Source of the DNA: Octopus sinensis
Taxonomy: Eukaryota
Reading direction: 5' to 3'
Assembly: GCF_006345805.1 (NCBI RefSeq)
Contig: NC_042999.1
Coordinates: forward strand, 114,018,001-114,082,000
Length of the DNA: 64,000 bases
Position 1 is the first letter of the stretch. Every line of letters begins with the position of its first letter. A model generated the notes under the pieces. The model was not told where the DNA came from and searched no databases. It saw nothing but the letters and a program-made list of their open reading frames with translations. A program made the position numbers and the translations under genes. This document shows positions 37,245 through 49,965 of this stretch, piece after piece.

Positions 37245-38344
37245 TAATAAGTGTTATATCATAAACTCCACTCTTCACATATATATATATACATACACAA
37301 ATGTATATGTACATACATAAACATACATATATAAAAACACACATACATAAACTTACATATACACAAACATAAATGTACAAAGAAACACATACATTTATAT
37401 ATACATACATATCAACATAAATACACATATGTACATACATTATGCATTTAATACATGAGTTTTTAGTTATATAATTCTTACATAATACTACCATCTTTCA
37501 ATCAAATATTTCAAAATAGAAATGGTAAACAAAAATTTGCTCTACGTGAGCAGTTGTCTGGACGGTCTCAAGAGAACCTGCCTTTGTGCAGAGATGAAGA
37601 GGAAAAGGTGTTATAGACGAAAAAAAGGGATAGAGAGGGAGAGGATGAGTATAAAAGAGAAAGAGAATATGCAGAAATAGATGAGAGAAAGAGGTGGGAG
37701 AAAAATGAAGTAAATGAGAAATATATAAACAAACAAATGTATGATTAAATGGACAAATAAATCTAAATAGCAAAGAAGCAGAAGCAAAAAGGAGGAGGTG
37801 AGGAGGAAGTAAACAAAAATTGAAGCAGACGAGGATGTTTCAGTTTCCATCAGCCAAATCCACAAACAAGGCTTTGGTTAGCCTGTGGCTATAATAGAAG
37901 TCACTTTCCTAAAATGCCTCACTGTGGGACTGAACACAAAGCCATGTGGTTAGAGAACAAACTTCTCAACCCCACAGATGCTTAACAAATAGATGAACAT
38001 GTGTATATACATTTATATAAACATAAATTTCAATGCTCGAAACGAGGAGTAAATAGACAGCCGACAACTGATGAAGGGTCGTTCTTTATGTTACTTGTCC
38101 TGTTTTCCATTTTTTTCCCTCCCATTTGCGTATCAAATTCATTTGTTTTTGTATTTCATGCTTACTGTTGGTGATGTCCTGTACCCATATATGCATGTGT
38201 GTGTGTTCGCACATATATATTATTTATATTATTATCCGACTGAACGCCATGCATCGATTAAGTTTACATTTATATACATATACACAAACAAGGACATTTA
38301 TCTAAACACATAGATATATACTGTGAAACATAATAAACATATGT

Positions 38345-39323
38345 TACACAAGATTTATCCTAAAGAAAACCAAACTTTTTCAAAAGTTCACTCAGTATCT
38401 AATGAGATTTTTTTTCTCACTCAAATTCCCTCCACCTTTTATATACAACTACTTTCAAAGTTTTGTTATTCAGTTTTGGAACTTGTCTGAAGTCATGTTT
38501 TCTGGAATAATGTACACTTCTCACAGAAAATGTTTTTTAATGTATTTTGCAACAGTGAATTTCACCTTTGAGAACAAAAAAAAAAAAAATGTCACAGTGA
38601 CCAAATTTCAAGAGCAGTGTGGCTCAGAAGACTGTCTCTTGCTTTTCACAAATGTCACAGATATGAAGTGATACATAAGCAGATGTGCTGTGGTGCAGCA
38701 TCTTGGTTTACTTTGTCCATATCTTGAACATTTTTCTTCATACAGTTTCTTTCAAATGCCTCAGAACATACAAGTAAAAGTTTTTATTCATCATCTGATC
38801 GTGAGGAATGAACTCATGATAAAAATCTAACCATCGAATCAGAATAGACAATCAACAGCACTAGACATCTAAAAAAAAAATACTAACATGCTACTGGGAG
38901 AAGAGGAACAATAGTGACCCAGCCTAATGCAATGACGATCTAACTCAGCCCACGTGACTTTCTGAAAGGTACACCAATGAAAAATTATCTTGAATTGTTT
39001 TAGCTTTATGATCCACTTGGTAAGCCTTGTCTGGTGTGACATGCTTCTGGAAAACGTTGCCTGATCCAACACATTGAGATGACTGACCTTTTGTTTTGAC
39101 ATTATAGCCCAACACCCATGTCATTTCATCACTAGTTGTAACACTTTCCATAAAATTTTCATCGGCTGTGTGGTAAGTAGCTTGCTTACCAACCACATGG
39201 TTCCGGGCTCAGTCCCACTGCGTGGCACCTTGGGCAAGTGTCTTCTACTATAGCCTTGGGCTGACCAAAGCCTTGTGAGTGGATTTGGTAGACGGAAATT
39301 GAAAGAAGCCCGCTGTATATATG

Positions 39324-39356
<33 letters not shown>

Positions 39357-39870
39357 ATGTTTGTGTGTCTGCGTTTGTCCCTCCAATATCACTTGACAAC
39401 TGATGCTGGTGTGTTTATGTCCCCGTAACTTAGCGGTTTGGCAAAAGAGACTGATAGAATAAGGACTAGGCTTACAAAGAATAAGTCCTGGGGTTGATTT
39501 GCTCGACTAAAGGCAGTACTCCAGCATGGCCACAGTCAAATGATTGAAACAAGTAAAAGAGCATTGAAATAATCAAACAACTTCTGGCTTGACTATGTCC
39601 CAGTTTCCTTTTCATTCATGTCAGCCAAAGACACAAATAGTGTGGCCAACATGATGCACTCTGCACCTTCTGTATTTCTTTCAATACCATGTGGCAAGAA
39701 TTATTACAGATGCCAACTGCTCTAGAAGCTTCAAAAGTCAGGCAATGGTTTCATGAATCACAGCAGATACTAATCATCAAGTATTATCATGGAACTCAGT
39801 TGAGATTTTGAATCATCTTTGCTGGAAGTTGTTCATGATTTGAAACAATGGCTACTACTTTTGGTATTGT
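38345..39870 (-). mobile_element. Decayed mariner transposase split by a SINE
   Basis: Joining the SINE flanks restores SQKLFDYFNADENFMESVTTSDEMTWVLGYNVKTKGQSSQ. Downstream remnants resemble the HHEF.P, HHDNAP and PPYSPDLAPCDFF regions. Confidence 0.75.
39163..39550 (+). mobile_element. SINE family A nested in mariner
   Basis: 5'-clipped at ggctgtgtgg; ends at caagtaaaaga. Confidence 0.9.
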
Positions 39871-40245
39871 GTACAAATATATATGTATGTATATATATGT
39901 GTGTATATATATTTACCTGTGTCTAGACACCAAGTGATAGTTGGAAATTAGCCTCATTGATATACAAGTGATGCTGTTCACCTCCAATCCTCCATGAAAA
40001 ACATATAAGTCCAAGGGAAGACACCAACTCACTAGGAAACATGTGAGGGCTAGTAACAGGACAGGCAACCAGCCAGAGAAAATTCACCCTAACAAATTCC
40101 ACCCAACCCATGAAAGCATGGAACAGTAGATGATGATGAAATATGTACACTAGGTGCACAGAAAATTTGCATAATAGATTAAGAATGCAAAGAGGTATCT
40201 AAATACTGTGATGAGACAAAATAAATATTCTCAAACATGGGTATA

Positions 40246-41348
40246 CAAGGAGGTACCCGAAAGTAACCAGAAACGTTTTCTGTGGGACAAGCCCATTGTA
40301 GTTGTCTTCTGCCACTAGAAGCCACTTGGTGTGGCCCTCAGGCATCAGTCTGCCAACCAGTGGCATAGAATGAAGTCGTACTGCCATGTGGTGCGTCTTT
40401 GTTTTGCAGTGCTTCTCACCTGTTTGTCGATTTTTGTGATGGCTGAAATGAGGGGACAGCATGCTTCCGTGAAATTCTGTTTTCTGCTAGGGAAACCAGC
40501 AGCCAAAACAGCTGTCATGCTTCAAACAGCTTACAAGGATGCTGTCATGAGCAAAGCACAAGTTTACAAGTGGTTTTCACACTTTAGGAATGGTCACTTG
40601 AAGACCAACTTCGTTCAGGGCAACTGTCAACCTCTCAGGCAAATGAAAACATGAAAATTCATGAACTGATCCTGGAGGACTGTCGCCGAACAATTGACAA
40701 ACTTGTTGATATGACTGGTGTGTCCTGGAGATCCTCCCAACAAATTTTGAGCAAGGAATTGCAGATGAAAACAGTTGCAGCAAAATTTGTGCCTCACTTG
40801 CACACAGAAGATCAAAAACAGTTACAACTGAATGCATGTCATGAACTGAAAGAACAGTTGGAAGTTAATCCAAACCATTTTTCAAAGGTCATCATTGGAG
40901 ACAACAGCTGGTGCTACAGCTACAACCCGGAAATGAAGCAGCAATCAAGTCAATGAAAGCAGTCAATGTCACCATGCCCCAAAAAAGTGCATCAAGTGAA
41001 ATCCAATGTCAAGATGATGCTGATTTGTTTCATTGATGCGAAAGTAATTGTCTACACAATATTTGTTCCTCCTGGTCAAACTGACATTTTACTTGGCAGT
41101 TCTGAAGCATTTGCAAAATACAGCAAGACAAAAATGACCTGACCAATGGAGAGTGGTGGTGGTGGTGGTTTCATCACAACAATGCACCATCGTACACTGC
41201 CTTAAGTGTGAGAAATTTTTTGACCAAAAAACGTTTTACAGATGTGGAAGAGGTGAAGAAAAAAAAACAACTGAAGCAATAAAAGTGTAAACATGTAAAG
41301 TGAATGAAATGATAATACAAAATTCCAGTCTCTTTTGGGTATCCCTCA
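40246..41348 (+). mobile_element. mariner element with both TIRs, transposase pseudogenised
   Basis: TA|caaggaggtacccgaaag ... cttttgggtatccctca|TA. ORF from ATG 40439 reads QHASVKFCFLLGK...AQVYKWFSHF, then after a frameshift VAAKFVPHL...IIGDNSWCYSYNPE..QQSSQ*. The second Asp is mutated (HHNNAP) and the YSPDL region is deleted. Confidence 0.9.
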
Positions 41349-41689
41349 TATGCTTAAAACAGATATGTTTAAAATGTTAGCATCAATAAGAGACAAGTAA
41401 ACAATTTATAGTAAGAATAGAAGGGAAGAGTTCTCACAAAATTAGACTAGTCTGTTGTGGGTGGTATAGGGGACGCCTGGCAAAGTGATCAACATGGAAA
41501 TAGAACTCATGGATAATTTTACTATGTGATTCCTATATTACTCTGAAGGACCACAAGCCAAATTTTCTTTTCAACATCAAATGCAGGTTACTAAACCACG
41601 TGAACTGGGTATCATCAGTAAGCACACTGCCAATGACAACAAGCTAAAAGTCAGAAATGATATGAAAGTAGATCACTGGAACTGCACCA

Positions 41690-42607
41690 CCACTGTAATT
41701 AAGGAGCTTCACATCATTGAAGACAAAACCTGTGCTGATATGGTCATGTGGTGCATATGGACTAGGGCAGCTGCATAAAGAGGAGCCAATTTCAAACTGT
41801 GAAGGTTATCTGGGGAAGAGGTAGACCCAGGAAGACATAGGACGAGGTGGTCAGAAATGATCTCTAGATGTTGAGCCTCAAACAGCTGGTAAGGGACCGA
41901 AACTTCTGGTGTTTTGCTGTACTTGAGAAGATATGTCAAGCTAAGTAAAATCATGGTCATCCATACATACAGGTATGTCCTTTATGGCCACGCCCCCCAC
42001 TTCCCACTCACACATGCACACAATCTGTCATCACTCAAAACTTCCCTTCAACCCATCTTCCCAACACACCTCCCATTGCAGGCCCATCCACTATCCCTCA
42101 CATATCTTCAATACTCCACTCCTAGCCACTCCAATTTCTCTCTCCATCACTTGCCAGTCACCTCTTTCCCCATCTCTAAACATCTTCCCTCACACTCTTA
42201 CGGAACACCCCACCACAATTCCACCATCTATTTCTCTCTCTCGCTCACTCACTCAAACTGTATCTTGCCTTTCTAACCCTAGCTTTTTTTCCTCACCTTT
42301 CTTTTCCTACTAGGGTAGCCAAATATCTGCTCTATAGTAAGACAACTATCTCTGTCCCTCTATTATACTCTAACCTCTCACCTGGCACACTACCACTTTC
42401 CTCAGTTTCACTCATCTGAGAGGTCTTCATTTCAGAAGTTACTTGGCAACCCCACTGGTCTTAATATCAAGCAAAAAGCACTAGTACTGATTCCACATAA
42501 AAAGCACCCAGTACACTCTGTAAAGTGGTTGGTGTAAGGAAGTGCACCCAGCCATAGAAATCATGCCAAAGCAGACAATGGAGTCAGCTTGGAAGACAGA
42601 CATTAAA
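41690..42607 (+). mobile_element. 5'-truncated RTE LINE: ORF2 end, pyrimidine-rich 3' UTR, family C tail
   Basis: Alternative frame ...GHVVHMD*GSCIKRSQFQTVKVIWGRGRPRKT*DEVVRNDL, then about 500 nt C/T-rich, then the aaaagcacccagtacac tail motif. Confidence 0.8.
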
Positions 42608-42737
42608 GATACCAAGTTTATTTTTGGAGTGATTTAGTAACCTGCATTTGATGTCTATCTTCCAAGCTGACACCATTGTCTGCTTTGGCATGGTCTCTAT
42701 GGCTGGATGCCCTTCCTTACACCAACCACTTTACAGA
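42517..42737. repeat. 91-bp inverted duplication (fold-back) of the RTE tail
   Basis: 42517-42607 versus the reverse complement of 42647-42737: about 7 mismatches, 39-nt spacer. Confidence 0.9.
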
Positions 42738-42744
42738 TGATAAT

Positions 42745-43490
42745 GATGATGTGGATTTTGTTGATTCATGTTAAAGACTCCCCTCTGGAAATGCTAGACT
42801 TCAAGAAATAATTTGTTCCAATCTGAGACCTTGATATTAAAAATAATGATGGGAAATATTAGTTATATCACAACTATTCTGACTGTTTCAAGAATGAAGG
42901 AGATTCACAATTTGATATCTCCAAAGAAGGCTGTAACAACAATGAGGTAATGGGCCTTGTTGGACTGTTTATTATTGACATTTTTAAGAAGCAACCCTCC
43001 TCATACATCTCAGGTTTGTACTACGATGACAGATTTGCAGCTTCAAGCAATGTGAACAACCACAGTAAGGGCAAATTTAGAAAAGATCTGATAGGCATAT
43101 TCAAGTAGTTTAGTATGAATATAAAACTCGCCACCAATATAATGACAGCTAATCTCTTAGACTGTATACTAGAGCTTAAGATAGGTAAATACTACCCCTT
43201 GTAGATATGTATATGATCAAACAAAGACAAAATACATACAAGAACTTCAAATACATCTCAGTTATAATTAGGAACATAGCAAGCATAGGTAGAAAAGGAT
43301 TCTATCTATCCTTTAGTAGGGATATACTCAATAGCAGCAACATACTATAAGGATCTGGCCAGAAGTTACTTTACTGAGATATGTTTATACATAGATCTCA
43401 CACTTTTTTACTCCAGCAGTGAAGAGAACCAAGAAATAGAAAGTCACCTGGTATAATCCACATTGTAACACAGATACCACAAAGTTTTCA
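42745..43490 (+). mobile_element. Penelope-like element RT remnant
   Basis: QFDISKEG..NNEVMGLVGLFII...GLYYDD...KDLIGIFK*...ANLLDCILELKIGKYYP and RKVTWYNP match PLE FDVTMG..GAEVCELVGL / GLYRDDG / VNFLD / WFNPP. Confidence 0.8.
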
Positions 43491-43757
43491 ATGCCCAGTA
43501 TGATGAGGTGAGATATTCTTGCCAAATTAATATCACTTCCACAAGTGCACATCATAATCATACATCTGTATTATCAACACCTCTAACAACCCACCTGCTA
43601 TTGTTATGGTCAAACCAGATACCCACTGGTGTGAGGTGGGGGTGGGGTAGCTACTGCATTTCATAGGTCACAGTATACAGAGCAGTGCTCACTCCAACAG
43701 AAAGTATCCAAAATAACAATAATGGTTCCACTGCAAATGACTTCAAAAGATAATATA

Positions 43758-43985
43758 TATTTCTTTACTACCCACAAGGGGCTAAACACAGAGGGGACAA
43801 ACAAGGACAGACAAAGGGATTAAGTCGATTACATCGACCCCAGTGCATAACTGGTATTTAATTTATCGACCCCGAAAGGAAGAAAGGCAAAGTCGACCTC
43901 GGCAGAATTTGAACTCGAAATGTAACGACAGATGAAATACGGCTACGTATTTCGCCCGGCGTGCTAACGTTTCTGCCAGCTTGCC
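43758..43985 (-). mobile_element. SINE family B, full length and young, with 11-bp TSD
   Basis: CpG-rich complete copy flanked by caaaagataat at 43744-54 and 43990-44000. Confidence 0.92.
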
Positions 43986-44634
43986 AGTACAAAAGATAAT
44001 GTAGTCAACATATTCACTCCTTTTGGTCCAGAAACAAAGCAAACTTCAATTCACTGTCCTGTTTCATGTGGAAACTTAGAACCCAGGAAAATGACTGCTC
44101 TACTATGACCTGAAATATTGTTGACAGTATCGATATGCATTCAGATGCTTCCAGCCTGCAATATCCCTCAAAATGAAATCCAGAATAATTTCTTTCTGCC
44201 ATTATGATGAGATATTCTTCTGGCTTAGTTTCAATAAATCAATACCAAAAGTAATCTCATGAAATACAGATGCATGCACATACATTTAACCAATTAACTC
44301 ATCAATTGTTTGATTAATCATTCAGTCTATTTACCAATCAGCTAGGCTTGTCAAAGTCCTTTTGTGGTCATTCCCAACCTCATCAACAGCATGTCCTCTA
44401 CTCCAGTTCTGTTTCAAATTGATTAATAACAATAAAGTAAAACCGAACAAGCGCATGTGTTTATTATGGACTTAATAACCCTCCCAAGATACAAGTTAAT
44501 GTTTGCAGAGGATATGGTTCTCAGGTAGTGTGGGACAATAAGGGTGATTCTGTAGCTACAAGCATGTTATAGTAACCTTATAAAGCTCAGACTATGATAT
44601 GTATGCACAAACATATAAATTATATGTGTATATC

Positions 44635-44935
44635 ATCATTATTATCATTTAGCATCCGTTTTCCATGCTGGCATGGATTAAACAGTTTCACTGGAACTGG
44701 TAAACAAGTGATCTGCACCAAGCTCCAGTCTGTTTTGGCTCAGTTTCTATGGCTGGATGCCCTTCCAACACCAACCACTCCACAGAGTGTAAAGGTATCT
44801 TTTACATGTCACTGGCATGAGTGCCTTTGGCATCTCGTCAACACAAGTGTCTTTGGCAACCTACCAGCATAGGTAGCTCTGTACATGACACAGGTATGGG
44901 TGCCTTTCATGTGTCACTGGCATTGACTGATTTCA
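44635..44935 (-). mobile_element. RTE 3' tail (family C)
   Basis: catcattattatcatttagcatccgttttccatgctggcatgg...ggatgcccttcc. Confidence 0.75.
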
Positions 44936-45537
44936 CCTGGCTTCACACACACATATATATATACGCATATACGCACACACACACATACATATATATATAT
45001 ACATACAACATATATATACACACACACACATATATACATACATGTTGGGCTATGGGAAAATATTACCTTGCTTGAAAACAAGAAGTTTTGCAACAGAAAG
45101 GGCATCTAGCCATAAAAAAATCTGCCTTGATAATTCCATGCAAGCATAGAAGATTGGTCATTAAAATAATGATAATGCTGCTGCTGATTATGATGAGCGT
45201 GTGCGTGTGTGAATGAGTGAATTCATATTTACCCTTGTTTTCACATGAGTTTGCTGACTGTAAACAATAGCCGTGCTGTTTTTGCAGATGTTGATGTATA
45301 CTTGAAGTTTGCTATAAAAGCATGCCGGAGCTTATTCACATGTTGCTTGATCTTTATACACAAAAGGTTAATTAATATAGTGTTGTTTAATACCAGTTGC
45401 CTGTGTAACTATATTCTGTTAATTATTCAATAGTCTGAGGAATTATTACCTTGATTGGAAACTAGTAAGGATCAACATCAGAAAAGATGTCTAGCCTTAC
45501 CAAAATCTGCCCCATGCAAGTATTGTAGGCATTAAAA

Positions 45538-45684
45538 CAGGGATGGACAACCATTTTTTAGAAGCAGGCTACATAATACATGGTTGATCATCAGACAGGC
45601 TGCACTACTAAAAAAAGAAGTGAAGGTAATTTTTTGTTAGGTGCTATTCAAAAGGTTCAGCAGGCCACATCTTGCCCACAACTG
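45538..45684. mobile_element. hAT-like MITE
   Basis: cagggatggacaacc ... cttgcccacaactg ends; same family as 51907. Confidence 0.65.
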
Positions 45685-46109
45685 CACTGAAACAATGATG
45701 ACATGTAAATTTCTTATTGCTATAAACCTGGCTTTTTTTTTTTTTTTTGAGTTCTCTATTAATCACTCTGCACAAAAAGAATTCCCATGATATATAATAA
45801 TCAGAGTATTAGGCTCATATTCACAAGATCAAGGGTTCAATTCTCAGATCAGGCAGATGTTGTGTCCTTGAGCAAGTCACTTTTTTCACATTGCCCAAGT
45901 TCACTCAGCTAGAAGACAGATGATAGCAACAGTCTGCTCCTCCTTCCAGCTGTCATATTTCAGATGTTCTGTTGGGTCAACAGGTAAAGAATCATGATGA
46001 TGTCAGTATCTATTTACAACTACATAGACACCTTAAACAATAAGTAAGGGTCTTGCACATATCTGAAAGAAACCTTTGGCATGTATGTGTCAGTGTGTAT
46101 GTATACATA

Positions 46110-47456
46110 CATCATCATCATTATTAAATGTCAAGGTCAGAAGATGTACCAGGTTCCATTGTCTGTTTTGGTATGGCTTCTACTGTTGGACGCCCTTCCT
46201 AACACCAGACATACCACAGAGTGTACTGGGTACTTTTTTTATATGGCACCAGCCCCAGTGTTTTTTACATGGCACCAGCACTATTGCTTTTTATGTGGCA
46301 CCAGCACCACTGCTTTTTACATGGCACCAACACTGACAGTGTCACCAAGTACCTCGCAAAACAAAAACCACTTAACTGGGAGGAGGAAAAGGAATTGAGG
46401 AGATGTAGATTTGTGTCAGTTGAGAGATTTAAGATAGAGGGAACAGATATAGGTGTCTTTGTTCAAGGGTAGATACATAGATACATGAGTTGGAAACCAA
46501 GGGAGAGTGATAGTGAGAGAGATGATGGTGGAGATGTGTCATTACATGCCCTCTAGGGACACTGGGGGGTGGGGTGAGAATAAGTAAGGTAGTATAGAGG
46601 TTTGGACTGAGTGAGTCAGTAGGATGAGGTGACTAGCAAATAGCAAGGAATATGTGAGAGGTTCAGGCAGCCAGGTTGCAGTAGGTATGTGAGAGCATTG
46701 AGGGTGATAGCAGGATGATGGAGAGCAGCACAGGTAAGGAAGAGAAAGTGCAGAAAGGAAGAGACAGTAGGTGGGGGAAGAAAGGTAACTAGATGGAGGG
46801 AATGTAGTATTTGCCTATTCTGCTCTCAGGTGATAGAGGAAATTATGGATATTAGGGAATGAAAAGCAGGGGAGGTTGACAGGATAAAGCCACTCATAGA
46901 CATGCATTACCAAGGTGGTTTTAGGATATCAAATCTGATGTATTGAGCAGGTCCTATTGAGTACAGCAAGGTCCCAGATATTTCAGTCCTTTGTCATCTC
47001 CTTCGTAGGGCTCAGCATTTTAAAATCAGCCTTCAATACTTCATCCTGTTTTCTTGGGACTCCCTCTTCCACGAGTTCCACCCACCTTGAAATGACTGGC
47101 ACTTCTGTACGCAACTGTCCTCATCCATACATATTACATGACCAAACCAGTGCAGTCTTCTCTCTTGCATGCTATATCTAATTCCCTTTATGCCTAACTT
47201 TTTTCTCAATACAATAACATTGTTGCATATGTACACTGACATTGCACATCCACCAGGGCATACCAGCTTCATTCCTCTGTAGTCTTCACATATCTCACTA
47301 CCATGGAGTGTATATGCATCATACAATCTTCCTTTCACTTGCAGAGAGAGAGCTTTGTTTAAAGCTCTCTGAACTTTCTTCATCTTACTCTTATTCTAGC
47401 AATTAGATTTTCAGTAGATCCTCCTCCACTGCTAATTAGGTCACCAAGGCTGCAGG

Positions 47457-47457
<1 letters not shown>
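46110..47457 (-). mobile_element. 5'-truncated RTE LINE
   Basis: LGDLISSGGGST...ARIR and LSLQVKGRLYDA...HGSE...QERRLHWFGHVICMDEDSCVQKC, followed by the 3' UTR and (GAT)n tail at 46110. Confidence 0.85.
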
Positions 47458-47511
<54 letters not shown>

Positions 47512-47519
47512 TATATATT

Positions 47520-47695
47520 CTTTTCTTTTTTTTTCCCTTTTACTTGTCTCAGTCATTTGACTGTGGCCCCATGACTTATTCTTTGTAAGCCTAGTACTTA
47601 TCCTGTCAGTCTCTTTTTCCGAACCGCTAAGTTGCAGGGATGTAAACGCACCAATATCGGCTGTCAAGCAATAGTGTGGGGACAAACATAGACAC

Positions 47696-47752
<57 letters not shown>

Positions 47753-47906
47753 ACAAGCTTCTTTCAGATTCTGTCTACCAAATCCACTCACAAAACTTTG
47801 GTTGGCCTGAGGCTATAGCAGAAGGCACTTGCCCAAGGGTGCAACACAGTGGGATGGAACCAGGAACCATGAGGTTGGGAAGCAAGCTTCTTACCACACA
47901 GCCACA
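47520..47906 (-). mobile_element. SINE family A
   Basis: Tail 47520-47700, (TA)(CA) linker, head 47755-47906. Confidence 0.85.
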
Positions 47907-48769
47907 TCCTTTTCTAGACATCATGTGATTGTTGTAAACAGATATCACTGTCACACAAGAGTGGCTAATCATTTCTAGTCTTCTGTGATAGACATATTTA
48001 GCTATGCGAAAATTTTACTTTACTTAGAAACCAGTCAGGATTGGCAATAGGAAGGGCATCTGGCTGTCGAAAACTTGCCTCAAAAATATTTTCTGAACTA
48101 TACAAATATAGAAAAGCAAGCATTAAATGATGAATGTAAATGGTTTTAGAACTCTTGTGAAGTGAGCATACTTGTGTTCTTGATGTTTCAACTGCTCTTT
48201 TGTAACTCTCTCTTTCAAAGCACATGATTCTAGGTTCATTCCCATTGGATGGCATCTTGAGCAAATGTTTTCTAATATAGCACTGGACCAACCAAAGTTT
48301 TATCTGGTCTTCCACCTAGAGCATCAACAATTTCTCGATTCTAAAGACAGGCCCAAGTCACTTATTATTGTTGATAACATGGTGACTGAATCTTTTAGTA
48401 GCCATGAATTAGTGGGAGCATTGACATTTTCTTGTCCTTTATGTTTTGTTTTCATTCTAATATTTCATATCAAACGACTTCCTTCATTTATTGCTGGATG
48501 TAGTACAGATAGACAAATCTTCCCTCTTTACATCTCTGAGGGCAATGTCTGTAGAAGCTAAGAGAAATACTTACATGATTCTGAAATATAATTGAATCTG
48601 AGAGAAAGTGCAATTACTGCTGCCAGAAAATACTAACTTCCATGCGGTGCACAGAAAACTCTTGTACAGCATGCAGGGATATTTGAATTTTTTTCCCCAT
48701 ATGGATATATAACTTCAGTTAGTCATAAGTCACACAGAAAAGAAAATTAAATGTACTTGAATGATTTAT

Positions 48770-48960
48770 GAGAGCAGTGTGAGCTATTTACAAGTGTTAT
48801 ATCATCAAGATAATTGATGGTAGTGTGTTCAGTGAAAATTATAGCATGCAACTAAGTGTTCACCAGAGTTTGGTTCTTGGTCCTTTCTGTTGACTATTAT
48901 CCTTTAGGCAATAATGAAAGCATTCAAGACTGGCTAACTGTGTATGGAGGAGCTCATGTG
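48770..48960 (+). mobile_element. RTE RT core remnant
   Basis: gtgttcaccagagtttggttcttggtcc resembles GVHQGSVLSPLL, and the following sequence resembles the KTGC.WEL region. Confidence 0.5.
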
Positions 48961-49589
48961 CATATTAACTCACACACACAGTTATCTTCTTGCATATAGT
49001 TGTCCATTGAATTTGATAACCATCTTCTCCTTCAAGTGTGGATCCTTTAATGACTACTGCTCAAAGAGCAGTAGCAATGGAGAACACAGGCATGTGGGCA
49101 ACCAAAGAACCATGACTGCTACCAGCTATGCTACACTTACTAACAAAACTACAGAAATTAGTTGTTTTTTTTTTCTCATCATTGCTAACACGTGGCATCC
49201 TACTCCAATGACAACAAAGACGTAAGATACATGTATGATGAAACTTCAAAGTGACATTGCTAGTAAGCATTTCCCAGTGTCACTATTTTCATGGTGAAGG
49301 AGGAGAGCCACTCGCTAGTGTAATGCAAGATGGCTAGAACCTCCCCCAACAACAGCAGTATAGGTACTTCTAAGAAGCCTTTCTTGTCAGTTAAAAGACT
49401 TCATTTCATAAGTGTTCTTAGAGCTAACTACACCTGCAAGAGTTCCCAATTAGCTAGTCTTGAATGCTTTTATTATTGCCTGAAGACACTAAGAACCAAA
49501 CCCTGGTGGACACCTAGCTTCATGCTATATTTTTCACTGAACTCACTCCCAGCTGTCATAACCCCTGTAAACGACTTTTACAGTGTGTG

Positions 49590-49965
49590 TATGTGGAAGA
49601 GGTAGACCCATGAAGACATGAAACAAAGTGATGTGAAAGGATCTGCAGACACTGGGACTCACAGGGAACTGAGATTCTTGGTGGTTTGCTTGAACATCAG
49701 GCTAAGTAAAAGTGTGGTTGAACTTACATACGGGCTGTCCCCCTGCATGCCTCTCCAACAGAGCATTGCTAACCTTGTGGGTTCATGGGTGCTGATGCCA
49801 CATAAATGCACCTGTGTCGGTACTGCATAAAAGCACCCAATACACTCTGTAAAGTGGTTGGCATTAGGAAGAGCATCAAGCCATAGAGACCATGCTAAAA
49901 CAGACATGGAGCCTGGGCAGCTCCTGTCAAACCATCCAACTTATGCCAATGATGATGATGCTGAT
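49590..49965 (+). mobile_element. RTE ORF2 end plus tail, internally deleted
   Basis: ggaagaggtagacccatgaagacatg...caggctaagtaaaa, then aaagcacccaatacac...gatgatgatg. Confidence 0.65.

Noticed and set aside
38030-38090. GAAAC upstream of CTGATGA as a permuted hammerhead
   Set aside because: Stem I cannot form and stem II is weak; at most a decayed PLE-like terminus.
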